A stretch of DNA of 64,000 nt from Nitrospirota bacterium (GCA_963699545.1 CAVOUE010000005.1:192001-256000); one strand, 5' to 3'. Counted from the stretch's first letter, positions 41,454 to 51,539 are shown. The notes: a model not told the origin generated them from the sequence alone. Translations and numbers: made by a program.

Positions 41454-42627
41454 ATGATAAGAAAGCACACCCTTCTAATATTGGGGGCAGGGGCAAGTAT
41501 GGATTACGGCTTCCCGTCAGGCAAACAGTTAATTCGAGATATAATCAATTTCCTTCATGGTACGCTGTTCAGTTTGCAACCCATAAAGAAGAAATTCTCA
41601 GTCGCTCTTGTATTACAGAGATATTACAAAGAGCAGTTAGGCACACAGAAAACGCTCCCGTATTGCCTCGAAAAGGTGGAGACATTTATCAATGCTTTAA
41701 TACAAGCTTCCCCAGCTTCCATTGATGATTTTATAGACAAGAATAGAGAAGAAGGATTTGATATTATCGGGAAAATCTGTATTGTTCTATGCATATCAAG
41801 ATATGAGAAAGCAGACGAACCCTTTTTTATTCAAGAAACAGTAACTGCCTCCAGCCATCATTACTACCACGATTCACTTGATCATAGACACTGGGAAGTA
41901 AGAGAGGGATGGTACGGTCACTTGTGGAATAAAATATATGAGGGAGAACGACATAAACGCAATAAACGCGAACCTAAACAAACTGACATTTATAACGTTT
42001 AATTATGACCGTTCATTAGAATATTTCCTATATACCACCTTTAGAAATATGCTCGGGAAGACTTCAGAAGAAGCAGCGAAATTGTTCAACGAGAATATCT
42101 TTATTTACCACGTTTATGGTCAACTTGGACACCTTGGTTGGCAGAATCAAGGAAGCATCAAGAACGATTACAAAAGGCTGACACTTGAGCCTCTTCTAGG
42201 GGGAACGAAGGAGGCCGATTTTTCTTCCGACTCACAGCTAATGCAAGGCCGCATAACGATGAGCGGCTTGGAGACTCACTTAGACAGCATATTATCTCTT
42301 GCTAAGGAAATCAAAACCTATACAGAAGCGGCTCGAGCTGATATGACCTTGATTAGTGGAAGAGCTTCTCCCGCAGAAGTAGTATTCTTCCTTGGTTTTG
42401 GTTATCATTCTCAGAATTTGGAGTGGCTCCAAAAAGCTAAAGTTAGTTCAATCAAAAAGACAAGTGTTACTGTCGGCACAACTTATGGATTAGGCAAGCT
42501 ACAAACAGAACGCATTGCAAAAGACCTTCGCAAGGTTTATTCATTTAGCAATGTTTCATACATTGATGCTGAATTCACTGCCCTAAACATACGGGATTAT
42601 TTTTCTAATGTATACGACATACAGTAA
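41454..42627 (+). CDS. SIR2-like domain protein in AT-rich islet (frameshift near 41943); candidate anti-phage effector
   Basis: LILGAGAS..YGFP, FITFNYDRSLE, HVYGQLG, FFLGFGY; extended -10 TGCTATACT at 41408-41416. Confidence 0.75.
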
Positions 42628-42751
42628 AGCTCCAACCGCGAAGCCTTTCCAAAGAAGCCACGTTACACATTTCTACTTCAAATCTTCAAAGCGTGCTGCC
42701 CGCTGTCCGCGTCTTTCCGAGTGAAGTTTACTTGCCGGGCCCGATTCAGTT

Positions 42752-42776
42752 AAATAAGTGGGGACACATCCCATTT
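42752..42776 (-). repeat. Inverted-repeat family copy 2
   Basis: AAATAAGTGGGGACACATCCCATTT. Confidence 0.85.
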
Positions 42777-42836
42777 AATTCATTGCAGCTCTCATCCCCC
42801 GCAAGGCGTCAGGCAGTATAGGTATATTCTGTGCGG

Positions 42837-42859
42837 AAATAGGATGTGCCCCTAATATT
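42837..42859 (+). repeat. Inverted-repeat family copy 3 (degenerate)
   Basis: AAATAGGATGTGCCCCTAATATT. Confidence 0.7.
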
Positions 42860-42877
42860 CTCAAAGAATATCTGCCC

Positions 42878-42906
42878 TTGACTGAATAACATACTCAAAG
42901 TATTCT
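42878..42906 (+). promoter_or_regulatory. Sigma-70 promoter for the small membrane peptide
   Basis: TTGACT-N17-TATTCT, 20 nt upstream of the TTG start. Confidence 0.7.
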
Positions 42907-42926
42907 TTAAGCAGAACGGAGGGATT

Positions 42927-43052
42927 TTGATAAGTCTGATTTCATTTGTCATGATCGGCATTATAGGCCTGGCAGTGCTCGCGGCATTCTTTCATTGGCT
43001 GGCAACGATATTTCCGGGGAAGCCACAGGATAAGAAGGACATAAAGAAGTAA
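42927..43052 (+). CDS. Small single-pass membrane peptide, 41 aa (absent from the ORF track)
   Basis: TTG start after GGAGG; MISLISFVMIGIIGLAVLAAFFHWLATIFPGKPQDKKDIKK*. Confidence 0.6.
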   Translation: MISLISFVMIGIIGLAVLAAFFHWLATIFPGKPQDKKDIKK

Positions 43053-43094
43053 ACCTTATAGACAGGGAAAGGCCACGCATCATGTAAATAGGGA

Positions 43095-43118
43095 AACATT
43101 AGGGACACATGCCACTTT
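43095..43118 (-). repeat. Inverted-repeat family copy 4 (degenerate)
   Basis: AACATTAGGGACACATGCCACTTT; its reverse complement resembles copy 3. Confidence 0.65.
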
Positions 43119-43269
43119 TCATTAACAAAAAGAAGCCCCGGCGTAGCTGGGTAGGTGCTTCTCTATGAGTACTTCCGCTTATAGCCCGGAATAGGATTGT
43201 GCACTTGCTAAGCGTTTGTTACTGTGAGCAGTTGCTATCGCAGCGCTCATCATTGAAGGCTACCTTACA

Positions 43270-44112
43270 TTACCTCACTATCTTCATGCTGATATCCGCC
43301 GCAGGCGCAGAGTGCGTAAGGGCGCCGACCGATATGAGATCCACCCCTGTCTCGGCAACATCGCGGACCCTTTCGAGGCTCATATTGCCGGAGGCCTCAA
43401 GAATGGCCTTCCCCTTCGCCATTTTCACGGCCTCTTTCATCTCCTCAACCGACATATTGTCGAGCATCACAACATCCGCACCGGCTGAAAGGGCATCTTC
43501 GAGGCCTTTGAGACTCTCCACCTCGACCTCGATCTTCGAGAGGTGATGGGCTTGTTTTGCGGAAGCAACAGCAGCGGGTATGCCTCCCGCGGCCTGGATA
43601 TGGTTGTCCTTTATCAAAATACCGTCAAAAAGTCCGAAACGGTGATTACCGCCGCCCCCCATCCTCACGGCGTATTTCTCCATGAATCTCAGCCCCGGGG
43701 TTGTCTTTCTCGTGTCTACGATCCTCACGGCGGTGCCCTTCACCTTTTCCACAAAGGTCCGGGTGAGCGTGGCGATCCCGCTGAGTCGCTGCAGAATGTT
43801 AAGGCCCACGCGCTCGCTCGAAAGAAGGGACCTTGTACTTCCCGCGATCTCGGCGATGATGTCGTCCTTTGTCGCCTGCGACCCTTCTTCGCGGAAGATC
43901 TTCAACTCCGTCCCTGCATCCATGATACGGAATACCTCAGCAGCAAAGGGCATTCCCGCGACGATGAAGTCTCCTTTTGCCACAAGCAATGCCCTTGATC
44001 GGTGACCTTCCGGGATGGTGAACGAGGTGGTGATATCGTCTGGGCCGATGTCCTCTTCGAGGGCACGACGAAGAGTGTTTCTTACACTAAAGGGTATATG
44101 CATTCTTATCAA
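43270..44112 (-). CDS. nadC: Nicotinate-nucleotide diphosphorylase (quinolinate phosphoribosyltransferase)
   Basis: DTRKTTPGLR, NHRFGLFD, IKDNH, EVEVE, MLDNM, SVGALTHS. Confidence 0.97.
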   Translation of the reverse strand: MIRMHIPFSVRNTLRRALEEDIGPDDITTSFTIPEGHRSRALLVAKGDFIVAGMPFAAEVFRIMDAGTELKIFREEGSQATKDDIIAEIAGSTRSLLSSERVGLNILQRLSGIATLTRTFVEKVKGTAVRIVDTRKTTPGLRFMEKYAVRMGGGGNHRFGLFDGILIKDNHIQAAGGIPAAVASAKQAHHLSKIEVEVESLKGLEDALSAGADVVMLDNMSVEEMKEAVKMAKGKAILEASGNMSLERVRDVAETGVDLISVGALTHSAPAADISMKIVR

Positions 44113-44176
44113 AATAGTAAATTCAAGTGCCTAATCCCGACGCTGAACTTCGGGTTTGCTGGTTTCTTCCTTTGGA

Positions 44177-44242
44177 TGTCATTCCTGCGAAAGCAGGAAT
44201 CCAGAAGAAAAGACTGGATTCCGCATCAAGTGCGGAATGACA
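44177..44242. repeat. REP-like extragenic composite palindrome
   Basis: TGTCATTCCTGCGAAAGCAGGAATCCAG-AAGAAAAGA-CTGGATTCCGCATCAAGTGCGGAATGACA: terminal inverted repeats with two internal hairpins. Confidence 0.85.
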
Positions 44243-44282
44243 ACTTTGAGGACCTCTCATCGTTTCCCTGTTCTCTATGGTC

Positions 44283-44768
44283 TTACCGTCTCCTGAACAG
44301 CGAAAGGAAGCCCAGCGCGCCCCCGATGACCGCTCCGAGGGCGAGGGCAGATCTCCAGTCAAGGAGGGTGGTGACGTCCCCCTCCACCGTATTCGCTATC
44401 ATCAGGAGCGAAGAGGCATTGTCCGCCTTTATCGTCCCGGCTCCCATGATCCCCACCGCGCTCCTCTCAACAACGACGCCGTCCCTGCACAGCAACACGG
44501 GCGCAAGGGAAGAGTTCACCTCCGTGTTGTTCCCCGTGGTGATCAGACTGATGCTCTGGTTGAGATTCACCTCGGATCCGCGGATTATAGCAGCGGTCCC
44601 CTGGGTGACTTCAACCCTCTCACCGTCAATGCTCAGGGCGCCCACCTGCTGCGCCTCCACATGCCCGCCTTCAAGCGCCCTCACACTGCTCTGTCGTATC
44701 GTTATGAACTCTGCCTCGATGAATTCGAGGTCTTCGCCCTCAATCTCCCGTGTACCGGACTCAACCAT
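44283..44768 (-). CDS. Hypothetical protein with beta-repeat-like body and C-terminal TM helix plus RRR
   Basis: Overlaps the valS stop; ends ALALGAVIGGALGFLSLFRRR. Confidence 0.7.
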   Translation of the reverse strand: MVESGTREIEGEDLEFIEAEFITIRQSSVRALEGGHVEAQQVGALSIDGERVEVTQGTAAIIRGSEVNLNQSISLITTGNNTEVNSSLAPVLLCRDGVVVERSAVGIMGAGTIKADNASSLLMIANTVEGDVTTLLDWRSALALGAVIGGALGFLSLFRRR

Positions 44769-47497
44769 TTTTCACCCCCATCTCCTTTAATCTATGAATG
44801 CTTCCTTCAAGCCTCTCATCCTTCAGGACCAGTTCCTGGAACTTTGCCCGCTCCTTCTCGACCACTTCCGTCGGCGCCCGCTTCAGAAAGTCTTCGCTCT
44901 GAAGTTTCCTGTTCAGGAAACCCAGAGACTCCGCTATCTTCATCTTCTCTTTCATCAGTCTTCCGACTTCCTCGTCAATATTCAACAGCCCTTCCACAGG
45001 GATATACAGTTCAAAGGAGTCTCTGACCCCCGTTGCAGCACCCTTTGGCTTTTCAAGGTTCCTTCCTATGGTGACCTCCCCCGCTCTTGCAAGGCGCTGA
45101 ACAAGGGGCAGGTTATCCCTCAGGATCTCTCCTGCTCCGTCCTTGAAGATCTTTACAAGAACCTTCACTTCCGCAGCCGGGGGGATGTTGAGCTCCCCCC
45201 TGATATTTCTTATGCCCGTTACCGCTTCAATGATGCATGCCACTTCTTCTTCAGCCCGAAGGTCCCGGGGGAGCTTTTCGGGGTATGGCGCGATAACGAT
45301 GCTGTCGGGGCTCTCCGTCATATGCTTCTTTATGGTCTGCCATATCTCCTCGGTGACAAAGGGCATAAAGGGATGGAGCAGCCTCAGGGAATGGTCAAGG
45401 ACTGCGATGAGGCAGGCAATGGTCCCCGCGCTGTTCTCCGACCTGTTGTAGATGGCATGTTTCGACATCTCTATGTACCAGTCGCAGAATTCATGCCATA
45501 CGAACTGGTAGATGCTGTTCGCCGCGTCATTGAACCGGTATTCTCCCAGTGAGGCATTGACCTCTTCCACCGTGGCGGCAAGTCTGGACAATATCCACCT
45601 GCTCGAAAGGTCAAGGGATGAACGGTGAACAGCGAGCAATGGTCCCTTGTCCCTGAGCATCACCTCCCTCTCTTCAGCCTCGACCGTCCCAATGTTCATG
45701 GTGATGAACCGTGCGGCATTCCATAACTTGTTCACGAAGAACCGGTATCCTTCAACCCTCTCCTCAGCGAACCGTATGTCCCTTCCCTGGGCGGCAAACG
45801 CCGCAAGGGTGAACCTGAAGGCATCGGTCCCGTACTTGTCGATAATGATGAGAGGATCGACCACGTTCCCCCTGGACTTCGACATCTTTTCTCCCCTTGA
45901 ATCCCTCACCAGGGCGTGGATATAAACGTCCCTGAAGGGGACGTCGCCCATGAACTTCAATCCCATCATGATCATCCTCGCAACCCAGAAAAAGAGGATA
46001 TCAAAGGCAGTGACCAGCACGCTGGTGGGATAGAATGTCCTGAGGTCATCTGTTGCATCGGGCCAGCCCAATGTGGAGAACGGCCAGAGGGCAGACGAGA
46101 ACCATGTGTCAAGAACATCCTCGTCCTGGCGCAGCGTCCCGCTGCCGCACCTCCTACAGGCCGTCGGTGTTCTCCCGGGAGACGTTGATCTCTCCGCATT
46201 CATCACAGTACCACACCGGGATCCTGTGTCCCCACCATATCTGGCGGGAGATGCACCAATCCCTGATATTCTCCATCCATGCAAAGTAGGTGTTCTCCCA
46301 CGATGAGGGGATGATCCTGATCTTCCCCTCCCGCACCGCGGTCACCGCTGCCTCGGCAAGAGGTCTTGTACTTACGTACCACTGCAGCGTGGATAATGGT
46401 TCAATGATGGTCTTGCACCGGTAGCAGTGTCCCACGGAATGATGGTGTTTTTCTTCCTTTTCGACCAGACCCAGGGCATTCAGGTCTTCCATTACCTTCT
46501 TCCTGCACGCATACCGGTCCATGCCGGAATACACTGACCCGGCCTCAGCGGTCATCTTCCCGTCAGCACCGATGACCGTAATGAACGGGAGGGGCGGATC
46601 CTGACGCCTGGCCATCGCTTCGTCGTTGAAGTCGTGGGCGGGTGTCACCTTCACCGCACCCGTGCCGAAGGACTGCTCCACCGCGCTGTCCGCAATGACC
46701 GCTATCCGGCGGCTCGTCAGGGGAAGGTCTATGCTCTTGCCTACGACATTCGTATACCGTTCATCTTCAGGGTTCACCGCAACCGCGCTATCTCCCAGCA
46801 TGGTCTCAGGTCTCGTGGTGGCGACCACCAGATACCCCCCCGTTTTCCCCCCCTTGCCAAGGGGGGGAGATGGGGGGGTGAAGGGATATCGGATATAGGT
46901 GAGAATGCCGTCGATCTCTTCATGTTCCACTTCGAGGTCGGAAAGGGCCGTGCGGCACCGGGGACACCAGTTGATAAGCCTTTTGTCCCTGTAGATAAGC
47001 CCCTCTTCATAGAGTCTGACAAAGACCTCACGCACCGCTCTCGAAAGCCCTTCATCCAGGGTGAACCTCTCCCGCGACCAGTCACAGGACGCGCCGAGAC
47101 TTTTCAACTGGTGGATGATCCTCCCGCCGTATTCGGCCTTCCATTTCCAGACCCGTCCGACGAATGCCTCTCTGCCGAGTGCATGTCTGTCAAGTCCTTC
47201 CTTTGCAAGCTGCCTTTCCACAACGTTCTGCGTTGCAATGCCTGCATGGTCGGTGCCGGGGACCCAGAGGGTCCTGACCCCGAGCATACGCTTCCACCGG
47301 ATGAGGATATCCTGCAATGTGGAGTTCAGGGCATGTCCCATATGGAGCGAGCCCGTGACATTAGGGGGAGGGATTACGATGGAATAGGACTTATCTCCTG
47401 AGGGGTTCGGGCTGAAATACCCTTTCTCAAGCCATTCCGCGTACCATTTCTCTTCTACACCTTCAAGATTGTAATGTTTTTCAAGTTTTGTCATCAC
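44761..47497 (-). CDS. valS: Valine--tRNA ligase (frameshift near 46160-46190)
   Basis: PPPNVTGSLHMGH, DHAGIATQ, TTRPET, WCISRQIWWGHRIP, DVLDTWFSS, KMSKS, C-terminal coiled coil. Confidence 0.97.
46835..46880. repeat. G/C palindromic element inserted in-frame in valS
   Basis: CCCCCCCGTTTTCCCCCCCTTGCCAAGGGGGGGAGATGGGGGGGTG, encoding TPPSPPLGKGGKTGG on the minus strand. Confidence 0.75.
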
Positions 47498-47545
47498 GTA
47501 GAAAGGAAGAATCAGTCGACGACTCTCGGAGGAGAAAGGCTGATT

Positions 47546-48526
47546 CTACAGCTCGGATTTGATTCTCTCTATTTCTCTGGAAATCATGCTCTCTGCAAGC
47601 TCGGGCACCGTCTCCCAGATCACCTTCTCGACTTCCTTTGCAATGGTGGCAAGGGATCCCTTGAGCATCTCCTTCAGGAGCTTCTCCACCAGTTCAGGCG
47701 CCACCTCCCACAGGACCTTCTCTGCAGAATCCTTGAGGGAAGGCGCAAGGGATGAAGACACGATCTCTTTCATGTCGATGGAAGAGAGTAATGCGGATAT
47801 CTTCTCATCGACCGACCGCCTGAATATCTCTGCCGCCTTTTCTGCCGACATGACCTCGACACCCGGAACAACAGCAGCAGGTCTCCCGGCAACAGGTCTG
47901 TCAGCCTCCTCTTCCTCAATTATCTTATCGATCTCGGCCTCTTCCTCGGAGCCCTCAGTAAACGCAAAGCCCTCTGAGGTGGCAACCTCTTCCAGGGGGG
48001 TCTCAGCGAGATCAAGCGGGGTCTCCTCGGCAAGCCCTTCCACAGCCATGGTTTCCGATGAGAGTTCCTCCATTGCCCAGAGGTCTTCATCCGTCACCAC
48101 ATCCTCAATAGCTTCCACCGCCGCTTCCTCTTCTGCAGGGGCGCCCCTCTCCATCTCCTCCGCAGCGATCACCGCATTGATTTTGCTTATTAATTCCTGC
48201 GATTCAAAGGGTTTGATGATATAGTCCTCAGCGCCTACATTCCTTGCCAGCTCTTCATCGAGGGGCTCAAAGGCGCCCGCGAGGAGAATGACAGGGATGC
48301 CCCTTGTATCGGGATCGGCCTTTATTTTATCGCAGAGCTGGTATCCGTTCATCTTGGGCATATCGATGTCAGCCAGGACCACATCCGGATTGAATTTCCC
48401 TACCACAGCCAGGGCCTCCTCACCGTTATTCGTAGCCTTGATATCAAAGCCCTCTTCAGCGAGGACGAGTTCGACCACTTTTTGTATCGTGATACTGTCA
48501 TCAGCAAGGAGAAGTTTACGTGCCAT
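47546..48526 (-). CDS. RomR-like response regulator (REC, acidic linker, conserved C-terminal helix)
   Basis: MARKLLLADDSITIQKVVEL, LLAGAFEP, KPFESQ, Glu-rich linker, EKVIWETVPELAESMISREIERI; next to valS. Confidence 0.8.
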   Translation of the reverse strand: MARKLLLADDSITIQKVVELVLAEEGFDIKATNNGEEALAVVGKFNPDVVLADIDMPKMNGYQLCDKIKADPDTRGIPVILLAGAFEPLDEELARNVGAEDYIIKPFESQELISKINAVIAAEEMERGAPAEEEAAVEAIEDVVTDEDLWAMEELSSETMAVEGLAEETPLDLAETPLEEVATSEGFAFTEGSEEEAEIDKIIEEEEADRPVAGRPAAVVPGVEVMSAEKAAEIFRRSVDEKISALLSSIDMKEIVSSSLAPSLKDSAEKVLWEVAPELVEKLLKEMLKGSLATIAKEVEKVIWETVPELAESMISREIERIKSEL

Positions 48527-48667
48527 TTTTCCTTCCCTCTGGGGAGCGATCCCTAAAAAAAAGATAGTGAGCAAAGGGACAATGTCCCTCGTAAGCCGTC
48601 AGCCAAATTGTATTGCTACAGGAAGGAAAAGTCAAGAATTTTCTCATGGGAGAGCCGAACCGACGGT

Positions 48668-48893
48668 TCAGCAGGAAGTGACTCCTCAGCCTCCGCCTCC
48701 GCCGAAACGGGGGGAAGATGACGAGGATGACGATGGAGCGTTCCCCGGTGCGCAGCAGAACGAGGAGAACCTTCTTCTTCACGTCATTCGAACCGCAGCC
48801 GGGACAGCACGTCTCCTTTTCAGTGGCGCCCATCTTTTGCAAAGCAGAGAAGATGTTGTTGCATTTTATACAGAGATACTCATATATCGGCAT
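48668..48893 (-). CDS. FmdB-family zinc-ribbon protein (frameshift near 48770; possible Sec at TGA 48688-48686)
   Basis: MPIYEYLCIKC...CPGCGS..VKKK; corrected frame continues FSSFCCAPG..GGGGG-TGA-GVTSC-TGA. Confidence 0.75.
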
Positions 48894-48976
48894 TTCAAAC
48901 CTCCATGATTCTTTGCGGTAACGCTGAACTATTTTACAATAATCGGCGGCTCGGCGTCAAAAAAAATTGCACAAGG

Positions 48977-49034
48977 GGGACTGTCCCTGATTTACGGACA
49001 GAGCAAAGCGGAGTCGTAGAATCGGGACTGTCCC
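48977..49034. repeat. Small interspersed palindromic element bounded by two GGGACTGTCCC palindromes
   Basis: GGGACTGTCCC at 48977-48987 and 49024-49034, with inner imperfect inverted repeat GATTTACG...CGTAGAATC. Confidence 0.8.
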
Positions 49035-49052
49035 CGGAAGAATCAGAGCCTC

Positions 49053-49859
49053 CTATCCCACCATCATCACACCCAGTGTATCGCCAACCTTGAGTTCGAA
49101 CTGCTTTGAGGCATTCCCCCTGTAAACAAAGAGCTCCAGGTAATTCATGCTGTTGACCAGGGCATAGAGATCCTTGTCTTCTGCCTGACCGTAATGGTCT
49201 TTCATTGCGATCTCTCTGCCTTTGGCGACGATCTTCAGCTTCCCATCCGGTTTTGCATTGCGGAGCTCGTCAAGGTACCCCGACCTGATGTTCGTGATGG
49301 CGTTGCCGAAATGATCCACGTGCATGATCTCCCCTTCCACTGCCGTCTTTGTCGGCATGGTGGGGATCGGGAAAGAAAGCTTCACAAAATTCGTTATGGG
49401 CTCGCCGAAGTTCGAGGAAGCAACACCCCTGGACAGCCACGCCGCTACGGGGGAGAATATATCCCTCGCGTGGAACGTCGCACTCCTGTCACGCAGGAAA
49501 TAATGGTCCGCAGTGATGTGGATGACCTCAAAACGCTCGCTCTCGTTGTAGACGACCGAGAATATACCGTTATCAGGACCGACAAAGTAATGGTTCTCGG
49601 TCACCACAAGAATCGGCCTTCTGGAGGACCCTACTCCCGGATCTGTTACTGCAACGTGGATGGTCCGCGGGGGAAACTGCCGGTAACTCATCCCAACGAT
49701 AAGGGCGGCTTCTCTGACGTTGTATTTGCTTATGCCATGCGTTATATCCACAATATTCGTTTCCGGGTTAATGCTCAGGATAGCCCCCTTCATGATCCCG
49801 CTCAAAGGGTCCCTATATCCGAAATCTGTCGAGAGAGTGATGATGGGAATAGTCTTCAT
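49053..49859 (-). CDS. SAM hydroxide adenosyltransferase / SAM-dependent halogenase family (DUF62)
   Basis: [32 protein letters not shown]. Confidence 0.9.
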   Translation of the reverse strand: MKTIPIITLSTDFGYRDPLSGIMKGAILSINPETNIVDITHGISKYNVREAALIVGMSYRQFPPRTIHVAVTDPGVGSSRRPILVVTENHYFVGPDNGIFSVVYNESERFEVIHITADHYFLRDRSATFHARDIFSPVAAWLSRGVASSNFGEPITNFVKLSFPIPTMPTKTAVEGEIMHVDHFGNAITNIRSGYLDELRNAKPDGKLKIVAKGREIAMKDHYGQAEDKDLYALVNSMNYLELFVYRGNASKQFELKVGDTLGVMMVG

Positions 49860-50761
49860 ATCATGCCTCCTGTCATCTCCTTGACATCCGCAATCCCGTT
49901 CTCCCTCATATAAGCCTCTATCCCCGAAAGTATATCAATGGTCGCTCTTGGGTTGATGAAATTCGCCGTTCCCACCGCCACCGCTGTGGCGCCGGCAAGC
50001 AGAAACTCAACGGCATCATCGCTGCTCATTATTCCGCCCATGCCGATAACAGGGACCTTCACCGCCCGGTAAACCTCCCACACCATCCTCAGCGCAACGG
50101 GTTTCACCGCAGGCCCCGAAAGACCGCCGGTGATGTTCGCAAGCTTCGGCCTCCTCGTCTTTACGTCAATGGCAAGGCCGCTCAGGGTATTTATAAGGGA
50201 TACCGCATCAGCGCCGGCATCTTCTGCCACCCTCGCCATAAGGGCAATATCAGTCACATTGGGCGACAGCTTGACAATGAGGGTCAGCTCCGTGGACCTC
50301 CTCACCGCCCTCACTACATTGAACGTGACCGTGGGGTCCGTGCCGAAGACGCACCAACCCGCCTGCTTGTTGGGACAAGAGATATTCATCTCAAGACCGC
50401 CTACACCTTCTGCAGCGCTCAGCCGTTTGGCCGCCTCTGCATATTCGTCGATGGAGTCGCCGAAGAAATTAACGATCACGGGAGTACGAAATCTTTTCAG
50501 GAAAGGGAGTTTGTCCTGGACAAACCTCTCGATGCCGATATTCTGGAGGCCGATGGCATTGAGCACACCGGCAGGGGTTTCTATGATGCGGGGAGGAGGA
50601 TTCCCTTCCTTGGGAGTGAGAGAGAGTCCCTTCACCACCACTGCCCCAAGTCTGTTGATGTCGATGAACTCGGAATACTCCTCCCCGTACCCGAAGGTGC
50701 CCGAGGCCGTCATCACCGGGTTCTTGAGTTTCAGCTTGCCTATGGTCACTGATACATTCAT
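49856..50761 (-). CDS. pyrD: Dihydroorotate dehydrogenase, family 1B catalytic subunit
   Basis: [38 protein letters not shown]. Confidence 0.96.
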   Translation of the reverse strand: MNVSVTIGKLKLKNPVMTASGTFGYGEEYSEFIDINRLGAVVVKGLSLTPKEGNPPPRIIETPAGVLNAIGLQNIGIERFVQDKLPFLKRFRTPVIVNFFGDSIDEYAEAAKRLSAAEGVGGLEMNISCPNKQAGWCVFGTDPTVTFNVVRAVRRSTELTLIVKLSPNVTDIALMARVAEDAGADAVSLINTLSGLAIDVKTRRPKLANITGGLSGPAVKPVALRMVWEVYRAVKVPVIGMGGIMSSDDAVEFLLAGATAVAVGTANFINPRATIDILSGIEAYMRENGIADVKEMTGGMI

Positions 50762-50762
50762 G

Positions 50763-51539
50763 CTACCAAACTATCTCCCTGGCATTAAACACCGGTCCTT
50801 CCTTGCATACCCTCTTATGCCCGCTCACAGTCTTCACCACGCAGCCGAGACACGCGCCGATGCCGCAGGCCATATTCTCCTCCATTGATACATATGCCTC
50901 AATCCCCTTGCCTGCAGCAATCCTTGCCACGATCTCGAGCATCTTCCGCGGACCGCATGCATAGATAACCATATCTCTCTCCATTGAAGCGCCCGACGAA
51001 AAAACGCTGAATACGTCCGTAATACATCCCCGGTCTCCGCACGAGCCGTCATCAGTGGTGAGTGAGAGTCTCTTCGCAACCTTCTTGAGAGCGCCTGCCA
51101 TAAGGAGGTCGCTTGCACCCCTTGCCCCGTAGTATATGTGAGCCTTATTCTTCGCCACGGCAAGCCGCTCCGCCAGGGAGAAGACCGATGCGATACCTAT
51201 CCCCCCCGCCACGATCACCGGTGTGTGATCCTTCGGCGGGACAGGATACGGATTCCCCAGGGGACCAAGCACATGGATCACAGAGCCTCGACCCAGATTT
51301 CTCATAAGCGCTGTTCCCCTCCCCCGTACCCTGTAGAGGATCTGGAAACCCCTGGGCGTGCGCCTGAAAAGACTGAACGGCCTCTTGAGGAGAGGGTCGT
51401 AGTCTCCTTCCATGCCGATCATAAAAAACTGTCCCGGTTTCGCTTCTGCGGCTTTCCTTAAGGGAACAAACGTGAGGAGGTTGTAATCGTTGTTGAGTTT
51501 CCTGTTCTCTGTGATCTCTGCCCTGAAGTATCTACTCAA
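50763..51539 (-). CDS. pyrK: Dihydroorotate dehydrogenase electron-transfer subunit
   Basis: [36 protein letters not shown]. Confidence 0.95.
   Translation of the reverse strand: MSRYFRAEITENRKLNNDYNLLTFVPLRKAAEAKPGQFFMIGMEGDYDPLLKRPFSLFRRTPRGFQILYRVRGRGTALMRNLGRGSVIHVLGPLGNPYPVPPKDHTPVIVAGGIGIASVFSLAERLAVAKNKAHIYYGARGASDLLMAGALKKVAKRLSLTTDDGSCGDRGCITDVFSVFSSGASMERDMVIYACGPRKMLEIVARIAAGKGIEAYVSMEENMACGIGACLGCVVKTVSGHKRVCKEGPVFNAREIVW

Noticed and set aside
41344-43118. Integron attC array or CRISPR array
   Set aside because: The repeats alternate in orientation with very unequal spacing; no RYYYAAC/GTTRRRY ends, integrase or cas genes were seen.
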